The position numbers and the translations under genes were made by a program. Shown here one piece after another: positions 60,819 through 64,000 of a stretch of DNA of 64,000 nucleotides (position 1 is its first letter; every line of letters begins with the position of its first letter). The stretch spans positions 77 through 64,076 of the forward strand of contig CAVTYH010000009.1 of the NCBI GenBank assembly GCA_963738835.1, in the 5' to 3' direction. The stretch comes from Pirellulales bacterium. GTDB taxonomy: Bacteria; Planctomycetota; Planctomycetia; Pirellulales; JADZDJ01. The notes beneath the pieces were generated by a model, which did not search any database, was not told where the DNA came from, and was given only the letters and a program-made list of their open reading frames with translations.

Positions 60819-61865
60819 TCAAACTTTTCTTTCATCGCCGCCGGAACGCAGGTGAATGGTCTTGGTTTCGAGATTGTGGGCGGTGGTCAGGTAGCGGACG
60901 GTGCCGCTTTTGGCCCGCATCAAAATGGAATGAGTGATGGCGGTTCTGCCGAGGACTTCAACTCCTTTGAGGAACGGGCTGTCGCAAATGCCGGTGGCGG
61001 CGAACAGAATTTCGTTGCCCCGTGCCAAATCGAGAGAACGGAACGTGGTGTTCAAGCGGTTGCCCCAGCCGGCCTCGACCAGCGACTTTTTTTCAGCCTC
61101 GTCGCGCGGCCAGATTTTGGCCTGCATGCCCCCACCCAGACAGCGCAGCGCCGCCGCCGCCAACACGCCCTCGGGCGCGCCGCCGATGCCGACGTACAGG
61201 TCGATCATCGATTCGCTCAGGGCCGGGGCCAACGCGGCCGAAATATCGCCATCGACAATCATTCGCAGCGAAGCGCCCACGCGGCGCACTTCGTCGATGT
61301 ACTTCTGATTGCGCGGCCTGTCTAAAATCATCACCACCACGTCGCGCACTTGCTTGCCCAGAATTTTGGCGGTAATGCCAATCACGTCCGCCAGCGGCGC
61401 ATCGATGTTGATGGGCAAACTGCGATCGTTGATCCAAGCCTTGCGAACCGCCGACGGATAGGTGAGCTTCTGCAAGTAAAAAGCCGGAATCTCTTGCAAC
61501 GCCGGCTGACTGCCGTTTTCGGGCATCGCCGCTGCGATGCAACTGATGGCATTTGGCAGGCCGCGGCCGACATTGGTTGTGCCATCCACCGGATCGAGCG
61601 CAATATCGAACCGCGGTGTTCCAGTGCGCCAAGTGCCCACCCTTTCCCCTTTGAACAGTCCGGGCGCTTCGTCCTTAATGCCCTCGCCAATGACCACTTC
61701 ACCGCTAATTTCCATCAAATCGAACATGCCGCGAATGGCGTCGCAGGCCGCGGCATCGGCGGCTTCCTTGTTGCCTTTGCCAATCCATTGCATGCAATTG
61801 AGGGCGGCAATTTCCGTGGCCCGCAGAAAATCGAACTCGTGCAGTCGTTGTACATCAGCAGTCAT
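60819..61865 (-). CDS. glpX: class II fructose-1,6-bisphosphatase
   Basis: 348 aa with ATEIAALNCMQWIGKGNKEAADAAA, IALDPVDGTTN, VGIGGAPEGVLAAAALRCLGG and LFAATGI. Confidence 0.9.
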   Translation of the reverse strand: MTADVQRLHEFDFLRATEIAALNCMQWIGKGNKEAADAAACDAIRGMFDLMEISGEVVIGEGIKDEAPGLFKGERVGTWRTGTPRFDIALDPVDGTTNVGRGLPNAISCIAAAMPENGSQPALQEIPAFYLQKLTYPSAVRKAWINDRSLPINIDAPLADVIGITAKILGKQVRDVVVMILDRPRNQKYIDEVRRVGASLRMIVDGDISAALAPALSESMIDLYVGIGGAPEGVLAAAALRCLGGGMQAKIWPRDEAEKKSLVEAGWGNRLNTTFRSLDLARGNEILFAATGICDSPFLKGVEVLGRTAITHSILMRAKSGTVRYLTTAHNLETKTIHLRSGGDERKV

Positions 61866-62115
61866 AAGGAAGCACCCAGGAGAGAATAGGGGCGGAACGA
61901 TCTAGCGGGCCTGCGGTTTGGTGAGGCGACTCTCGCCCTAATTAGTCAGCGTTCATCAAATTCGTTCGTGACGGTCTGGCCTGTTTCTTGTTTTAACCCG
62001 TTCCCTATCTTTTCTTTGGAAGCGAATTACGTCAATGCTCGATGAGCGCCAAAACCGATTGACAGCCGCACGGCGGTGCGCCGCGTTGGTGGAAGCGAGC
62101 TTTACGAAGGCGACT

Positions 62116-63623
62116 TTACACTCGCGCGGCGCCGATAGCGCGTTTCAGCGTGTCGCGCATCAGTTCCCAGGGGCCGTCTTTGCCGGTGAAGAGTTTGAAT
62201 TGCAGGCTGGCTTGCCGCACGAACATTTCCACGCCGCTGACGACGATGCAGCCTTGCGCGCGGGCTTCTTTGATGAGCAGCGTGTTCTCGGGGTTGTAGA
62301 CCATGTCGAAGACGACAATGCCGGGGCGAAGGTGGCGCTTGTCGTACGGCGTTTCGTCGACGTTGGGGTGCATGCCGACCGGGCTGCAATTGACGATGAT
62401 GTCGGGAGAGATGGCGTGGCGGTTGTTCCAATCGAGAGTTTCGCAGCCCAGCGCGTGAGCCAGTTGCTGGGCACGTTTGAACGTGCGGCCGGCGATCACC
62501 ACTTTCGCGCCGTAGCGGCCCAGGCCGTAGGCCATCGCGCGGGCTGCGCCGCCAGCGCCAAGCACGAGGGCTTTTTTTTCCTCCAACCCGCCGTGGGCTT
62601 GCACTGCGCCACCGGCGGTTTGCAGCGCCGAGCTGACGGCCCGTTCCAGGCTGTCGATGGCGGCGCGAAAGTCGGTGTTATAGCCGATCAAGTCTTCTCC
62701 TTCGAACACCAGTGTGTTGGCCGCACCGATGCCTTTGACCGCCGGATCGAGCTTGGTCAGCTTATTCAGCACCGCTTCTTTGTGGGGAATCGTGACGCTA
62801 AGTCCGCGGATGCCCCACAGGTGCGTGTCGGCCAGAAACTGATCGAGATGCTCTGACGGCACGCGGAATGGCACGTACACGGCATTCAAACCGGCTTGTT
62901 GGAGAGCCGTGTTGTGAATGAGCGGGCTGAGGCTGTGGCCGATTGGGTCGGCAATGACGCCCAGCAGTGTGGTGTCGGGCTGGATCGATTCGTAATGATA
63001 AATCTGCGACATCTGGTCGAAGCTCAGCTGACCCGGCGCCAAGAGCCGCTCGTGATGGAACGAGGCATACGTGAACGGCGCACCAAAGCGTCCGCACAGA
63101 ATTCGCGACGGCGTGCCCAGATCGCCCATGCAGATGCCGACCGTGGGCACCTTCGCCGCTTGCACGAGCTGCATCATCCGCAGGTTATCGTGGGGACTGT
63201 TGGCCAGCGTGGCGAGTTTGATGATATCGGGATCGAGCGCGGCCAGCCGGGCGTGAACCGCCGCCAAGTCTTCCGGGGTTTGACGGAAATCGTGGTAACT
63301 GATGATGCGCTTGGTTTTGCCGTAACGGCGAATGCTCTTAGCGACATCTTCTTCCAGATCGACATATTCCACGCCATCGACGATGGCCGCCCGCAGCACC
63401 ATCTGCCGTTCTTCTTCGTTGCCCTTCCACTTGCCGCCATCGACTTCGCGGCGAATGGTGCAGACCACCGGACAAGGCCGCTCGCCGAGCAACCGCTTAA
63501 GATTGATTTGACCGTTAATGTAGTCGAGCCGCAATTCGACGAGCTGCGCCCCTGGCTGACCAAGTGACGATGCTCGGCAATCATATGCCGATGCCGGCCG
63601 CGACCGATGGAGACGCAAATCAT
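62116..63623 (-). CDS. aroDE: bifunctional 3-dehydroquinate dehydratase (type I) / shikimate dehydrogenase, split by a 1-nt deletion in a G4/C4 run at about 63549-63552
   Basis: MICVSIGRGRHRHMIAEHRHLVSQG continues in the frame of 62116..63618 as AQLVELRLDYINGQ...IISYHDF... This is followed by GVIADPIGHSLSPLIHN, SVTIPHKE, GYNTDFRA and VLGAGGAARA. Length is 3n+2. Confidence 0.85.
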
Positions 63624-63625
63624 GA

Positions 63626-63657
63626 ACGGGTGAAGGGGTGAACGGGTGAACGGGTGA
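63626..63657 (-). repeat. four tandem TCACCCGT/TCACCCCT octamers immediately upstream of the aroDE start
   Basis: Plus strand reads cgggtgaa ggggtgaa cgggtgaa cgggtga. A related ttcacccgttca lies upstream of the aldolase start (about 14024-14040). Confidence 0.75.
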
Positions 63658-63680
63658 TGAAAGCGAACCGCCCGTTGTGC

Positions 63681-64000
63681 TTAACGCTTGGGTTTTCCCG
63701 GCAGTGTCCAGGTTTCGGCATGGTTAATCATTCCGACAATTGTAGCCAGAATTCCATCATACGCACGGTACAGCTTTGCGCCATTATTTCGGGGGAGATA
63801 GCCGCATTTAACGGAAAATTCGATCCAAACCTGGGTTTCAGCGGTCTCAGCGTCGGCGTCTGACAACTTACTTTGGAATGCGGCAACGTAGCGGCGTTTG
63901 CGCCAAGCTTCCGCGAGGTTCGCACAAACGGAGCGTGAGCTGCGTCGAATCTGATCGGTCAACGAATACGTTTCCTCTTTGGGAAAACGCTTCGAGAGCT
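63681..64000 (-). CDS. four-helix-bundle protein (23S rRNA intervening-sequence protein family), N-terminus beyond window edge
   Basis: ...SKRFPKEETYSLTDQIRRSSRSVCANLAEAWRKRRYVAAFQSKLSDADAETAETQVWIEFSVKCGYL. The frame is open to position 64000. Confidence 0.8.
   Translation of the reverse strand, partial: LSKRFPKEETYSLTDQIRRSSRSVCANLAEAWRKRRYVAAFQSKLSDADAETAETQVWIEFSVKCGYLPRNNGAKLYRAYDGILATIVGMINHAETWTLPGKPKR

Noticed and set aside
691-63552. Programmed ribosomal frameshifting or recoding as an explanation for the split genes.
   Set aside because: There are no shared slippery heptamers or downstream structures at the sites. Both +1 and -1 directions occur, and unrelated housekeeping genes are hit. 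Random indel error is the simpler explanation.
1-64000. CRISPR arrays, tRNA/rRNA/tmRNA/RNase P genes, transposases, integrases, prophage structural genes.
   Set aside because: I found no regularly spaced direct repeats with unique spacers and no tRNA-like T-arm or acceptor patterns in the intergenic regions I read. No DDE/HUH/tyrosine-recombinase-like translations appear in the ORF track. A tRNAscan or Infernal run would be needed to exclude small RNAs formally.

Overview
This is a 64-kb chromosomal window, roughly 55-60% GC by eye, that looks like a Planctomycetota (Pirellulales-type) genome. The lineage call is an inference from gene content: a TIGR03000-type protein, a MoxR/DUF58/BatA/VWA cluster, an M-x-x-FSL-type small membrane protein, a four-helix-bundle gene and several characteristic intergenic repeat families.

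Most genes are on the minus strand:
- Housekeeping: accA, a Ser/Thr kinase, truA, asd, a SEDS protein, an HpcH-family aldolase, FKBP and cyclophilin PPIases, a secreted PIMT, an HU-like protein, glpX and aroD/aroE.
- Envelope operons: an NPCBM protein plus three trypsin-fold/PDZ proteins at 26.5-32.7 kb. A roughly 13-kb MoxR-DUF58-BatA-VWA cluster at 32.8-45.9 kb. A PQQ-propeller/TPR giant protein at 47.1-52.0 kb.

I found no rRNA, tRNA, CRISPR array, transposase or integrase.

There are three lower-GC accessory stretches:
- 9.8-12.2 kb: a 1.1-kb repeat-laden noncoding segment followed by two orphan genes.
- 54.3-57.1 kb: an iteron-like array, an N-terminal stump of an MmeI-type methyltransferase, and an ImmA/IrrE-HTH + DUF4411 cassette. 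This cassette is the best candidate for an uncharacterised toxin-antitoxin or defence-type system.
- 57.1-60.8 kb: an islet bracketed by a diverged duplicate of the glpX 3' end.

Caveat: at least 17 otherwise well-conserved genes are split by single-nucleotide frame breaks, including accA and aroD/aroE. This points to indel errors in the assembly rather than real pseudogenes, so the ORF track fragments many genes that I have re-joined below. All family assignments rest on motifs I recognise by eye in the translations. No database search was run.
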